Source of the DNA: Candidatus Omnitrophota bacterium
Lineage (GTDB): Bacteria > Omnitrophota > Gorgyraeia > Zapsychrales > Aceulaceae
Assembly: GCA_029564765.1 (NCBI GenBank)
Contig: JAKQPK010000023.1
Coordinates: 87,084-151,083 of the forward strand
DNA: 64,000 nucleotides
Direction: 5' to 3'
Shown here: in pieces, positions 52,220-60,663 of the stretch
Position numbering within the stretch: position 1 is the stretch's first letter
How the letters are laid out: every line of letters begins with the position of its first letter
The notes under the pieces: model-generated
What the model saw: the letters and a program-made list of their open reading frames with translations, nothing else
What the model was told of the DNA's origin: nothing
The model's database searches: none
Translations under genes and position numbers: made by a program

Positions 52220-53077
52220 TTATGATATGTACTTTCCGATAATGATCTTAAGGTCTTCTTTGACCTTAGCGGGGATCTGATCGTGCTGCGTGATGATCGC
52301 GAACTTAAGAGCTTCTTCCGCGCCAAAAATAGGAACACAAGCGATCTTCGGGATCGCCGCTTTCAAGATGCTTTTTGCATGACCAACGTTCTTGTTCAGA
52401 TACTCAATGATCATATCGATGCTGACGCTTTCATGGGTTTGATGCCAACAATCATAATCGGTCACAGCGGCTAGGGTCGCGTAAGCGATCTCTGCTTCGC
52501 GCGCGAGCTTAGCTTCCGTGGCGTTCGTCATGCCGATAATATCCATCTTCCAACTTCGATACAAAAAAGATTCCGCGCGCGTCGAAAATTGTGGGCCTTC
52601 CATATTCAAATAAACACCTCCGCGATGCACAGGAATCTTTAGCGCTTTTGCCGTTTTTTCAAGAATGTCGCACAACTGAGGGCAAAAAGGATCAGCTAAA
52701 GAGACATGCGCGACAATACCGTCGCTAAAAAATGTTGACCGGCGATCGACAGCGCGATCAATGAACTGGTCCGGAATAACAAAATCCATCGGCTTTAATT
52801 CTTCCTTGAGGCTTCCGCACGCAGAGACAGAGATGATAGCGCTCACACCCAGGTGTTTCATGCCATAAATATTGGCGCGATAATTAATATCGCGAGGACT
52901 GATGCGATGCCCTCGGCCATGGCGAGGCAAAAAAACAACCTCAACACCTTCCAGAGCACCACAATGATACGTGTCTGAAGGATCCCCAAAAGGAGTTGTC
53001 AATTTAACTTCTTTAAGGCCCGTGATCCCCTCGATATTATAAAGACCACTTCCGCCAATGACGCCGACTTTTCGCAT
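52220..53077 (-). CDS. mtnP: 5'-methylthioadenosine phosphorylase / purine nucleoside phosphorylase family
   Basis: 285 aa starting MRKVGVIGGSGLY..., with PNP/MTAP family blocks. Confidence 0.85.
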   Translation of the reverse strand: MRKVGVIGGSGLYNIEGITGLKEVKLTTPFGDPSDTYHCGALEGVEVVFLPRHGRGHRISPRDINYRANIYGMKHLGVSAIISVSACGSLKEELKPMDFVIPDQFIDRAVDRRSTFFSDGIVAHVSLADPFCPQLCDILEKTAKALKIPVHRGGVYLNMEGPQFSTRAESFLYRSWKMDIIGMTNATEAKLAREAEIAYATLAAVTDYDCWHQTHESVSIDMIIEYLNKNVGHAKSILKAAIPKIACVPIFGAEEALKFAIITQHDQIPAKVKEDLKIIIGKYIS

Positions 53078-53080
53078 GTC

Positions 53081-53878
53081 TTATCTCCTGGACAATTGTT
53101 TAGCTCGCCTGACTGCCGCCTGCAATGCTTTCACAAAGATCTTCCCCACTTTATGCTTCTTAAAAACTTCAACAGCCGCATGCGTTGTTCCACCCTTAGA
53201 GGTCACCTTGGCTCGCAAGGTTGCCGGCGACTCATAAACGCTCTTTAAAAGATGCACGCTACCCGCGAATGTTTCAATCACAAGATGCGCAGCTACTTGT
53301 TCGCTTAACCCAACTTTTTTTGCCGCTTCGATCATCTGCTCCATAAGAAAGAAAACATACCCCGGCCCGCTCCCGGAAGTGGCCGTGACCATGTCAATAA
53401 GCTCTTCTTTAACGATCAATGTTTTTCCTAGACGATCAAAGATCTCACCAGCGATCTTCAGATCGCCAGCTTGCGCAAAACGTCCCCTGGCTAAAGCCGT
53501 GACGGCTCTCTGAACAACGGCCGGTAAATTAGGCATAGTCCGTATCACGCGGACCCGCCCTCCAAGCTTTTTCTCGATATAATTCGTTGTGATGCCAGCA
53601 GCTACAGAAATGATCAAATGTCTTTTTGTAACGAATGGCTTAAGGCTAGCGAGCGTCTCATCGAAGTCCTGCGGCTTAACCGCCAGAATGATCACAGAAC
53701 ATCTTTGCGCGAGGCCTTCAATGCGATCGCTCTTGATACGGTATTTTTTAATAAGATAACGCTGGCGTTCTACAGATTTTTCGCTTACGCAAACATGCAA
53801 ATGCTTGCGGCAGCTAGCGAGGATCGCCTCACCCATATTCCCACCGCCAATGATCCCAATATTTTTTATTTTCACCAT
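53081..53878 (-). CDS. proC: Pyrroline-5-carboxylate reductase
   Basis: NAD(P)-binding GIIGGGNMGEA N-terminus and a P5CR C-terminal dimerisation domain. Confidence 0.9.
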   Translation of the reverse strand: MVKIKNIGIIGGGNMGEAILASCRKHLHVCVSEKSVERQRYLIKKYRIKSDRIEGLAQRCSVIILAVKPQDFDETLASLKPFVTKRHLIISVAAGITTNYIEKKLGGRVRVIRTMPNLPAVVQRAVTALARGRFAQAGDLKIAGEIFDRLGKTLIVKEELIDMVTATSGSGPGYVFFLMEQMIEAAKKVGLSEQVAAHLVIETFAGSVHLLKSVYESPATLRAKVTSKGGTTHAAVEVFKKHKVGKIFVKALQAAVRRAKQLSRR

Positions 53879-53882
53879 TACG

Positions 53883-54566
53883 TTAACCTACCTGAAAGAT
53901 CGCTCGTCCGATACGTAGCATATTAGCACCTTCTTCCAGAGCGATCGGATAGTCATCGCTCATGCCCATCGATAAATACTGCATACAGATATTCTTAGAT
54001 CCGCGGAAATCTTGTTCCATCTCCTGAAAAATATCATGAAGTCGTCGAAAACAGCCACGAATCTCTATTTTATCCTGCGTGAGAGGGCCTATGGTCATCA
54101 ATCCTTTCACGTGCACGGTCGGACAACCCTCAAGATGCTTTAAAAGGTCTGCGGCATGGTCCGGCGCCACGCCAAACTTCTGCGCCTCACCCGATGTATT
54201 CACTTGAAGCAAAACATCGATCGTTCGATGGATCCTTGCGCACTGACGATCAATCTCTTTGGCTAAATCTAAAGAGTCCACCGACTGGATCATATCGAAT
54301 AATTGAACGGCTTGCTTGACCTTGTTGGTCTGCAAATGGCCGATCATATGCCTGGTAATATGCCCAAAATTGGAATATTTCGCGACAGCCTGCTGCAATC
54401 TATTTTCAGCGATGTGCTGCAATCCTGCGTCAACAGCTTGTTGAATGCTTTGAATGTCGCTATATTTTGTCACACCGATAATGACGATTTCCTGGGGATC
54501 GCGATCAGCTGAACGGCAAATATCCGCAACAGAAGCTCTTATCCGGTCAATATTTTCGCGAATCAT
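53883..54566 (-). CDS. yggS: YggS-family PLP-binding protein (PLP homeostasis)
   Basis: 227-aa alanine-racemase-N-like TIM barrel with conserved GHLQTNK and MGMSDD blocks. Confidence 0.88.
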   Translation of the reverse strand: MIRENIDRIRASVADICRSADRDPQEIVIIGVTKYSDIQSIQQAVDAGLQHIAENRLQQAVAKYSNFGHITRHMIGHLQTNKVKQAVQLFDMIQSVDSLDLAKEIDRQCARIHRTIDVLLQVNTSGEAQKFGVAPDHAADLLKHLEGCPTVHVKGLMTIGPLTQDKIEIRGCFRRLHDIFQEMEQDFRGSKNICMQYLSMGMSDDYPIALEEGANMLRIGRAIFQVG

Positions 54567-54654
54567 TGCCCTAAAGTATCACAAAAGCCCTATGCCGTCA
54601 AATGCAAAAACAGCACTTTATAATATATTTATAGGATTAGAAATATTAGAAGGA

Positions 54655-54984
54655 TTAAACGGCCGCGCTGACCCCTGGGCGGATATCGATACGCAGCGAA
54701 TGGCAGAAATCGATCCTTAAAAGGCTCCCTTCCTGGGTAATGTAGGAAGTCCCTTTAACGCGCAGAGAAAATTTTTCGATCTTTTCTTTAGAATCATACG
54801 TCTTGCAAATATAGTACTCTGGCTGAGCGAGCTCCCTGACAGGGGCTGTAACAGCGCTAACCACATAAACGATCGTCTTATGGGAAGAGACCAAGAAGCC
54901 TTGTTTTTCTGTTTTTTCGACCAACGAAATGACCTTGCGGCGCTTGGCGGTTGACGTTAGATTTTTAAAAGCGATCTCTCGCAT
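54655..54984 (-). CDS. Hypothetical small protein (109 aa). Weak resemblance to the YggU/DUF167 family (VTAP...KGTS pattern), family not established
   Basis: An ORF with SD AAAGGAAG 6 nt before the ATG, located next to yggS. The resemblance rests on pattern matching only. Confidence 0.45.
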   Translation of the reverse strand: MREIAFKNLTSTAKRRKVISLVEKTEKQGFLVSSHKTIVYVVSAVTAPVRELAQPEYYICKTYDSKEKIEKFSLRVKGTSYITQEGSLLRIDFCHSLRIDIRPGVSAAV

Positions 54985-55000
54985 AACTTCCTTTCTATTT

Positions 55001-55048
55001 GGCTAAGTCGCCTGGGGATGTTCATGGGCACCCTCAGGCGGCTTAGTC
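55001..55048. other. 17-bp imperfect inverted repeat (hairpin) immediately upstream of the 54984 start codon
   Basis: Plus-sense ggctaagtcgcctgggg / cctcaggcggcttagtc with a 14-nt loop gives 17 contiguous pairs, 3 of them G-U. In minus-sense RNA the same three positions are A-C mismatches. Confidence 0.5.
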
Positions 55049-55165
55049 ATGTCCTCCATGGCTGGTGGGGACTACCAATATTGTCAAGATTCTGCTTTCC
55101 GTGGCTCAACCTATTGAGAGTATAACATCGCAACCCAAGCAAACAAGGCATGTCAAGGCCGCAGA

Positions 55166-55179
55166 GGAAAACGTTTTCC
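55166..55179. promoter_or_regulatory. Perfect 14-bp palindrome GGAAAACGTTTTCC (core GAAAACGTTTTC), candidate operator
   Basis: Self-complementary and CG-centred. Lies about 20 nt upstream of a candidate -35 for the 54984 gene. Confidence 0.4.
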
Positions 55180-55316
55180 GTGCACGCGCAAAAACTTCAC
55201 TTTCTCGACGGTAAGAAAGAAAAAAGATCTCGATCAGCCTAAAAAAAAATGAAAAAACGGTCACGAAGGACCTGTCAAGGTCTGTCCTAAAAACCAGATC
55301 TTGTCAAGCAAGGAGA

Positions 55317-55332
55317 AGAAAACGTTTTCTTT
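55317..55332. promoter_or_regulatory. Perfect 16-bp palindrome AAGAAAACGTTTTCTT, second copy of the GAAAACGTTTTC core
   Basis: Self-complementary and abutting the plsY stop codon, about 150 bp from the first copy. Confidence 0.4.
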
Positions 55333-55967
55333 TAAGTTTTACGGAAAGGAAAGCGAAAGCGGGATTCTCTGCCCTGCAGAAGCCTCTGGATGTTTGGCCG
55401 ATGGCGCAGGACCACAAGCCCGCAAAAAACGACCCCTAACATCACAAGCTCTAAAGGCTGAGCGAACAAGACCATCAAAAACGGCAAGGCAGCTGCCGCG
55501 ACAATGGAGGCTAAAGAAACATATCCAAATGCTACAAAAACAATGAGCCATGTCAGGACGCATAAGGCCACGGCAAGGCGTAAGGACGCCACTTGGATCG
55601 TTAACCCTAAAAAAACGCCAAGGCTTGTCGCAACACCCTTGCCGCCTTTGAATCTTAGGAAAACGGTCCAGTTGTGTCCGCAAACCGCGACAAGTCCGCA
55701 GAAGATATACGACAAATGATCGTGCAGGCCCAAAATCCTTGGAACAACAGCTACTGCCACAACGCCTTTCAGGACGTCCAGCAGAAGGACGAGGATCCCA
55801 GGTGTTTTTCCAAGGACGCGGAAAACGTTGGTCGCGCCCATATTCTTAGATCCATGTTCGCGGATATCGATCCCCTTAAGCAGCTTACCAGCCCAATACC
55901 CAGTTGGGATAGATCCTAAAGTATAGGAAAAAATAAATCCTAAGATCAGCTTAGCGAGAACTATCAT
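55332..55967 (-). CDS. plsY: Glycerol-3-phosphate acyltransferase PlsY
   Basis: 211-aa polytopic protein with the PlsY N-terminal motif (GSIPTGYW...GSKNMGATNVFR). Confidence 0.9.
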   Translation of the reverse strand: MIVLAKLILGFIFSYTLGSIPTGYWAGKLLKGIDIREHGSKNMGATNVFRVLGKTPGILVLLLDVLKGVVAVAVVPRILGLHDHLSYIFCGLVAVCGHNWTVFLRFKGGKGVATSLGVFLGLTIQVASLRLAVALCVLTWLIVFVAFGYVSLASIVAAAALPFLMVLFAQPLELVMLGVVFCGLVVLRHRPNIQRLLQGRESRFRFPFRKT

Positions 55968-56511
55968 TAAAGACCTTCACTCCCCTGTAAAGATAATCTG
56001 CTCCTGAAAGAATTGACAAGATGCCAACAGCATACCATAGCGCTGGAAAGAATGACAAATGCAGCAAGACCCCGATGATCGCGATCACCTGGAAAAAGGT
56101 CGTCATGCGCCCTAAGCGGGACGGAACAACATCGATGCTCCCTCGGGTCAGATAAACCGCGGCTCCGCCGACCAACAAGATCGCATCCCGACTAATAACG
56201 ATCAAAAGGATCCATAAAGGGATCCCGGCCGGCGTCGAGATCTCTCTGGCGACATACAAACAAATAAAAGCGCTCATCAATAAAAACTTGTCGGCGAGCG
56301 GATCGAGGATCGCCCCGATCTTTGTGTCCTGATGATATTTTCGAGCAAAGTATCCATCGACGATATCAGTGAAGATGGCAACAAAGAAAATACCCAAGGC
56401 AACGTAGCGAAGATAGTCGTGCTCCGGCTGATAATAAACAATCGCCGAAACAAAGAAAGGGACGGCCAGAATGCGAATCAAAGTCATAATATTCGCGATA
56501 TTAACTGACAT
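55951..56511 (-). CDS. pgsA: CDP-diacylglycerol--glycerol-3-phosphate 3-phosphatidyltransferase (CDP-alcohol phosphatidyltransferase family)
   Basis: DIVDGYFAR...GAILDPLADK matches the CDP-OH phosphatidyltransferase signature. Confidence 0.85.
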   Translation of the reverse strand: MSVNIANIMTLIRILAVPFFVSAIVYYQPEHDYLRYVALGIFFVAIFTDIVDGYFARKYHQDTKIGAILDPLADKFLLMSAFICLYVAREISTPAGIPLWILLIVISRDAILLVGGAAVYLTRGSIDVVPSRLGRMTTFFQVIAIIGVLLHLSFFPALWYAVGILSILSGADYLYRGVKVFNDSSR

Positions 56512-56512
56512 C

Positions 56513-56758
56513 TTACGGCTCCACTTCTTTTAGCTGAGTTCCATCCACAGGACAAATGTTCACTTGGGGACTAAATCGGCGTCCGCACGTGGGACAATAT
56601 TTCACGCGTGCCGCCGCTGATACAGCTCCGGCCACAGATTCGATCGCAGATCGAACATCGTTCGGGCTTTCTTTGGTAGATGCTGCCTTCTTTTGATAGG
56701 ACCCGACGGATTGACATCCACCAAAAAAAAGGATCATCAGAAAAATGAACCACTTCAT
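56513..56758 (-). CDS. Hypothetical small lipoprotein (81 aa) with a C-terminal zinc-ribbon-like Cys cluster
   Basis: Signal peptide with lipobox LFFGGC. The C-terminus reads CPTCGRRFSPQVNICPVDG. Tightly packed between lepB and pgsA. Confidence 0.5.
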   Translation of the reverse strand: MKWFIFLMILFFGGCQSVGSYQKKAASTKESPNDVRSAIESVAGAVSAAARVKYCPTCGRRFSPQVNICPVDGTQLKEVEP

Positions 56759-56759
56759 A

Positions 56760-57344
56760 TCATTGCACCGCCCGGATACGATTCAAAGGCCAATAAATGA
56801 TTTCTGCCTTGCCAACAAGATAATGCTCAGGAACAAAACCCCAGAAACGGCTGTCCATGCTGGAAGCGCTATTATCCCCTAGAACAAAATAAAAACCGTC
56901 CGGCACTTTAACGGCTTGGCCCTTGGCCCCATAGTCTCCTCGGTTATAATAATAACGGTTCAAGATCTTTCGATCCTGGATCTTGGCACCATCAACATAA
57001 ATCGCGCCATCCCGAATGACAACTGTCTCTCCCGGAAAAGCGATCAAGCGCTTAATAAAATCCCTCTGAGGGTCTTCAGGATACTTAAAAACAATGATGT
57101 CACCGCGCTGCAGCTTCCCATAGCCGGGCAAACGCCAGCGCGTCCCAGGGATCTGAGGGCCATATTTCATTTTGTTGACAAGGACACGGTCCCCTTCCAG
57201 AAGGGTCGTTCGCATAGATCCGGTCGGGATCTTGAACGCCTGTACCACGAATGTGCGGATAATCATCGCCAACAAGAACGCGATCACAATCGATTCTGTC
57301 CACTCGCGCACCGCTGAACCTTTACGAAAGAAATTATTCATCAT
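56760..57344 (-). CDS. lepB: Signal peptidase I
   Basis: Catalytic Ser box (GSMRTTL) and the GDNSASSMDSRFWG box. 194 aa. Confidence 0.9.
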   Translation of the reverse strand: MMNNFFRKGSAVREWTESIVIAFLLAMIIRTFVVQAFKIPTGSMRTTLLEGDRVLVNKMKYGPQIPGTRWRLPGYGKLQRGDIIVFKYPEDPQRDFIKRLIAFPGETVVIRDGAIYVDGAKIQDRKILNRYYYNRGDYGAKGQAVKVPDGFYFVLGDNSASSMDSRFWGFVPEHYLVGKAEIIYWPLNRIRAVQ

Positions 57345-57345
57345 T

Positions 57346-59136
57346 TCATATCCTTAGGACCGCGAGAAATGCCTCTTGAGGGATCTCTACTTGGCCAATC
57401 TGTTTTAAACGTTTTTTACCTTCTTTTTGTTTTTCCCAAAGCTTACGTTTACGTGAAATATCGCCCCCATAGCACTTAGCGGTAACATTTTTCCCAACGG
57501 AACGAACCTTGGCGCTGGAGATAATACGACCGTTCGCTGACGCCTGAATTTTGACCTCAAAGAGCTGCTGAGGGATCAACTCTTTTAATTTGGAAACGAG
57601 AGCCAGGCCTTTCTCATAAGACCTCTCCTTATGCACCAGACAAGAAAAGGCGTCACAAACTTTATCATTGATCAATATATCAAGCTTGGTGATGTCCGTT
57701 GGAAAATAACCTTTTAGCTCGTAATCGATCGAACCGTAACCGCGCGTGGCCGACTTGATCATGTCGTTGAAATCAACAATGACCTCCGAAAGCGGAATAT
57801 CAAAAACAACCTTCATGCGATCCGATACATACATGCTTTCCTGATAGATGCCGCGCTTGGACTTTGCTAGGTCCATGATCGCATCCATCATCGTTACAGG
57901 TGAAAAGATCGCTACTGACAAATACGGTTCTTCGATCTTTGAGACGGCAGTCCAATCAGGCAGCTGAATTGGGCTTTCAACTTCCATGACCTCCCCGTTG
58001 CGCTTGGTGACGCGGTAGCTAACATTGGGCGTTGTGAGAATGAGGTTGAGATTGTATTCACGCTCTAATCGTTCTTGAACGATCTCCATGTGCAATAACC
58101 CCAAAAAACCGCAACGAAAACCATGGCCAAAAGACTGTGAAGATTCAGGTTCATAGACAAAGCTGGGATCGTTTAGATGAAGTTTTTCCATTGCTTCGCG
58201 CAAAGCGATAAAATCTCCTGAGTTCTCTGGATAAACACCAGCGAACACCAAAGGCTTTAGTTGTCGATATCCCTCCAAGGCTTTCTCTGAGGGATGCGCA
58301 GCATCCGTGATCGTGTCCCCTACATGAACCTCTCTGGGCTCACGGATATTGCATGTGATATAGCCGACCTCTCCGCTCGTCAGTTCGCGCACTTTTTCCG
58401 CTTCGGGCCGAAAAACTCCGATCTCCTCGATCGTCACTTCCTTGTTGCCATGCATCATCTTGACCCGCATGTTTTCTTTCAGGATACCGTTGACAACGCG
58501 CACATAAACAACAACACCTTTATAAGTATCATATTTTGAATCAAAGATCAGCGCTTGCGCGGGTGCACCGTCATCGCCTTCGGGGTGTGGAATGAACTCA
58601 ACGACCTTTTCCAAAACATCTTTAATGCCAAGGCCTTCCTTTGCGGAGCAAAGGATCATGTCTTTTTCTTTAAAGTTAAAGATCTCACTGAGCTCTGTTT
58701 TGACGATCCCAAGGTCGATATTAGCAATGTCGATCTTATTAATGACGGGAATGATCTCAAGATTGTTCTCGATCGCCAAATAATAATTGCCGATGGTTTG
58801 TGACTCAACCCCCTGAGAGGCGTCGACAACAAGCAAAGCACCCTCGCATGCCCTTAACGACTTCTCAACCTCATAAGTGAAATCAACATGGCCAGGTGTA
58901 TCGATGAGGTTCAAGATGTATTCTTTCCCATCGTTAGCCTTATAGTTTAAACGCACAGCGGATGCTTTGATCGTGATGCCTCGCTCGCGCTCTAGGTCCA
59001 TATCATCAAGGATCTGGTTCTGGAACTTGCGCTCATCGATCGCTCCAGTAGCCAACATCAAGCGGTCCGCTAAAGTTGACTTACCGTGATCGATATGAGC
59101 AATGATCGAAAAATTACGAATGAGGGATTTATCCAT
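57346..59136 (-). CDS. lepA: Elongation factor 4 (LepA)
   Basis: [17 protein letters not shown] and NKID GTPase motifs plus the LepA C-terminal domain. The start is set at the verified ATG 59136 (MDKSLIRNFSIIAHIDHGKST). Confidence 0.96.
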   Translation of the reverse strand: MDKSLIRNFSIIAHIDHGKSTLADRLMLATGAIDERKFQNQILDDMDLERERGITIKASAVRLNYKANDGKEYILNLIDTPGHVDFTYEVEKSLRACEGALLVVDASQGVESQTIGNYYLAIENNLEIIPVINKIDIANIDLGIVKTELSEIFNFKEKDMILCSAKEGLGIKDVLEKVVEFIPHPEGDDGAPAQALIFDSKYDTYKGVVVYVRVVNGILKENMRVKMMHGNKEVTIEEIGVFRPEAEKVRELTSGEVGYITCNIREPREVHVGDTITDAAHPSEKALEGYRQLKPLVFAGVYPENSGDFIALREAMEKLHLNDPSFVYEPESSQSFGHGFRCGFLGLLHMEIVQERLEREYNLNLILTTPNVSYRVTKRNGEVMEVESPIQLPDWTAVSKIEEPYLSVAIFSPVTMMDAIMDLAKSKRGIYQESMYVSDRMKVVFDIPLSEVIVDFNDMIKSATRGYGSIDYELKGYFPTDITKLDILINDKVCDAFSCLVHKERSYEKGLALVSKLKELIPQQLFEVKIQASANGRIISSAKVRSVGKNVTAKCYGGDISRKRKLWEKQKEGKKRLKQIGQVEIPQEAFLAVLRI

Positions 59137-59806
59137 GAGACTGAATGTGGTCAATGACTTTCTGAACAACGTCCTGAATGGACATGTTGGTTGAATCGAT
59201 AACGATCGCATCATCTGCTATTTTTAAAGGACCAACCTTGCGCGTAAGATCCTTTGTGTCCCTATCCTGAAGATCCTGCTGCACCTGCGCGCATGCGACC
59301 GCTTTGCCCTTTTCGCTCATTTCTTTGCAGCGACGATTGGCGCGCTCTTCAAAGCGAGCGTCTAAATAAAACTTACAAAATGCGTTTGGGAACACGACCG
59401 TTCCAATGTCGCGGCCTTCAGCGATAACATTTGTCTTCGCGCCAATAGCTCTCTGCTGCTCCACCATCACATCGCGCACTCCTGCTGTGCGGGCAATATA
59501 AAAAGTGTTGTTCGTTACCTCAGGGCTGCGAATTTCTTCGGTTACCTCTTGTCCATCGAGCAAAACTTTCAAAGCGTGATGATCGCCGATCTTTAGATCG
59601 ATACGCGTCGACCTCGCAAGCGCTGTTAAGCTTGCCTCATCATTGAGGTCAATTTTCTCGCGCAGCGCTTTCAGGGTAAGAGAGCGGTACATCGCGCCTG
59701 TATCGAGATACATAAAACCTAGTCTTTTCGCGACTTCTTTGGCGATCGTGCTCTTACCGGCGCCGGCCGGTCCATCGATCGCGACAACAATAGGCGCATT
59801 ATGCAT
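59129..59806 (-). CDS. cmk: Cytidylate kinase
   Basis: P-loop AIDGPAGAGKSTIAK and a CMP-binding region. 225 aa. Confidence 0.93.
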   Translation of the reverse strand: MHNAPIVVAIDGPAGAGKSTIAKEVAKRLGFMYLDTGAMYRSLTLKALREKIDLNDEASLTALARSTRIDLKIGDHHALKVLLDGQEVTEEIRSPEVTNNTFYIARTAGVRDVMVEQQRAIGAKTNVIAEGRDIGTVVFPNAFCKFYLDARFEERANRRCKEMSEKGKAVACAQVQQDLQDRDTKDLTRKVGPLKIADDAIVIDSTNMSIQDVVQKVIDHIQSHG

Positions 59807-60662
59807 GAAGGCCGTCCCGTTTTTCTTTTGATCTCTTAAAGGATTCCATCAAAAAATTTTCGTCTCCAACAACAATAGCCTTGCGGTACCCGGCAATGGT
59901 CTTGATGATGTCATCCAAACTTTTTGTCATGTTTTTCGCGTTCTGCATGCAGATATCAGCCCATAGCTCGGGATTGGAAGAGGCGATCCGTGTTGTATCA
60001 CGTAATCCCGTGGCCCCAAAAGGCAAATAATCCGCAGGTATCGCGTCCATTAGGCCGTATGCCAATAGATGAGGAACGTGACTTGTGTACGCGACGATCG
60101 TATCATGTTCATCAGGAGAGATAGTCTTGATCTTAGCTCCTGCCCTGGTCCAAAATTCTGACACTTTGTCCAAAGCGCCTTTGTTGGTCTTATCCGTTGG
60201 TGTCAGCAAGCAATGGCTTTGCTCAAAAAGGGACGCGGTGCTAAATTCAATGCCTTTCTTTTCTGAACCGGCCAAAGGATGAGAACCGACAAACAACACA
60301 TGATTTGGAAAATGTTTTTGCGCCGCCTGAACAATGGTCGCCTTGGTGCTCCCAACATCCGTGACAATGCATCCACGCTTTAGATGTGCGCCTAAGGTCG
60401 TGATAAGTGTTAGGATCGTCTGGATCGGCGTTGCCAGTACAACAAGGTCCGCGTTCTCAACAGATTTCACGATATTGCTTGAGCCATGATCGATGATCTT
60501 ATTCTTCAACGCGTATTGCAATGCGGCCTGCCGTCGAGAGACGCCGACAACCTCCCGCGCAAGATGGTTCTTTTTTATCGCCATCGCCAGTGATCCACCC
60601 AACAAGCCTATCCCGATGACAGTGACCTTGCGAAACATTAAAGGGTTCCGTTGAAAGCGCAT
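59799..60662 (-). CDS. tyrA: Prephenate (or arogenate) dehydrogenase
   Basis: Rossmann N-terminus VTVIGIGLLGGSLA and a TyrA-family C-domain, within an aromatic amino-acid gene block. Confidence 0.85.
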   Translation of the reverse strand: MRFQRNPLMFRKVTVIGIGLLGGSLAMAIKKNHLAREVVGVSRRQAALQYALKNKIIDHGSSNIVKSVENADLVVLATPIQTILTLITTLGAHLKRGCIVTDVGSTKATIVQAAQKHFPNHVLFVGSHPLAGSEKKGIEFSTASLFEQSHCLLTPTDKTNKGALDKVSEFWTRAGAKIKTISPDEHDTIVAYTSHVPHLLAYGLMDAIPADYLPFGATGLRDTTRIASSNPELWADICMQNAKNMTKSLDDIIKTIAGYRKAIVVGDENFLMESFKRSKEKRDGLHA

Positions 60663-60663
60663 A

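Noticed and set aside
52219-52338. N-terminal extension of the ileS ORF to 52338; similar extensions for lepA (to 59214), nadD (to 23372), proA (to 24633) and tyrS (TTG at 18887)
   Set aside because: The extensions overlap the upstream genes and add non-conserved residues. Verified downstream ATGs align with the canonical N-termini (MSYQETLNL, MDKSLIRNFSIIAHIDHGKST, MERIGVLGGTFNP, MKFEKN..., MTHSAD...).
54985-55331. A known housekeeping ncRNA (SRP/4.5S, RNase P, tmRNA, 6S) in the long plsY-to-54984 spacer
   Set aside because: None of the signature sequences (GGUGCUGUUUACC-type SRP helix 8, RNase P GNRA/P4 motifs, tmRNA tRNA-like ends) is present on either strand. The spacer is reported instead as a structured leader with palindromes.
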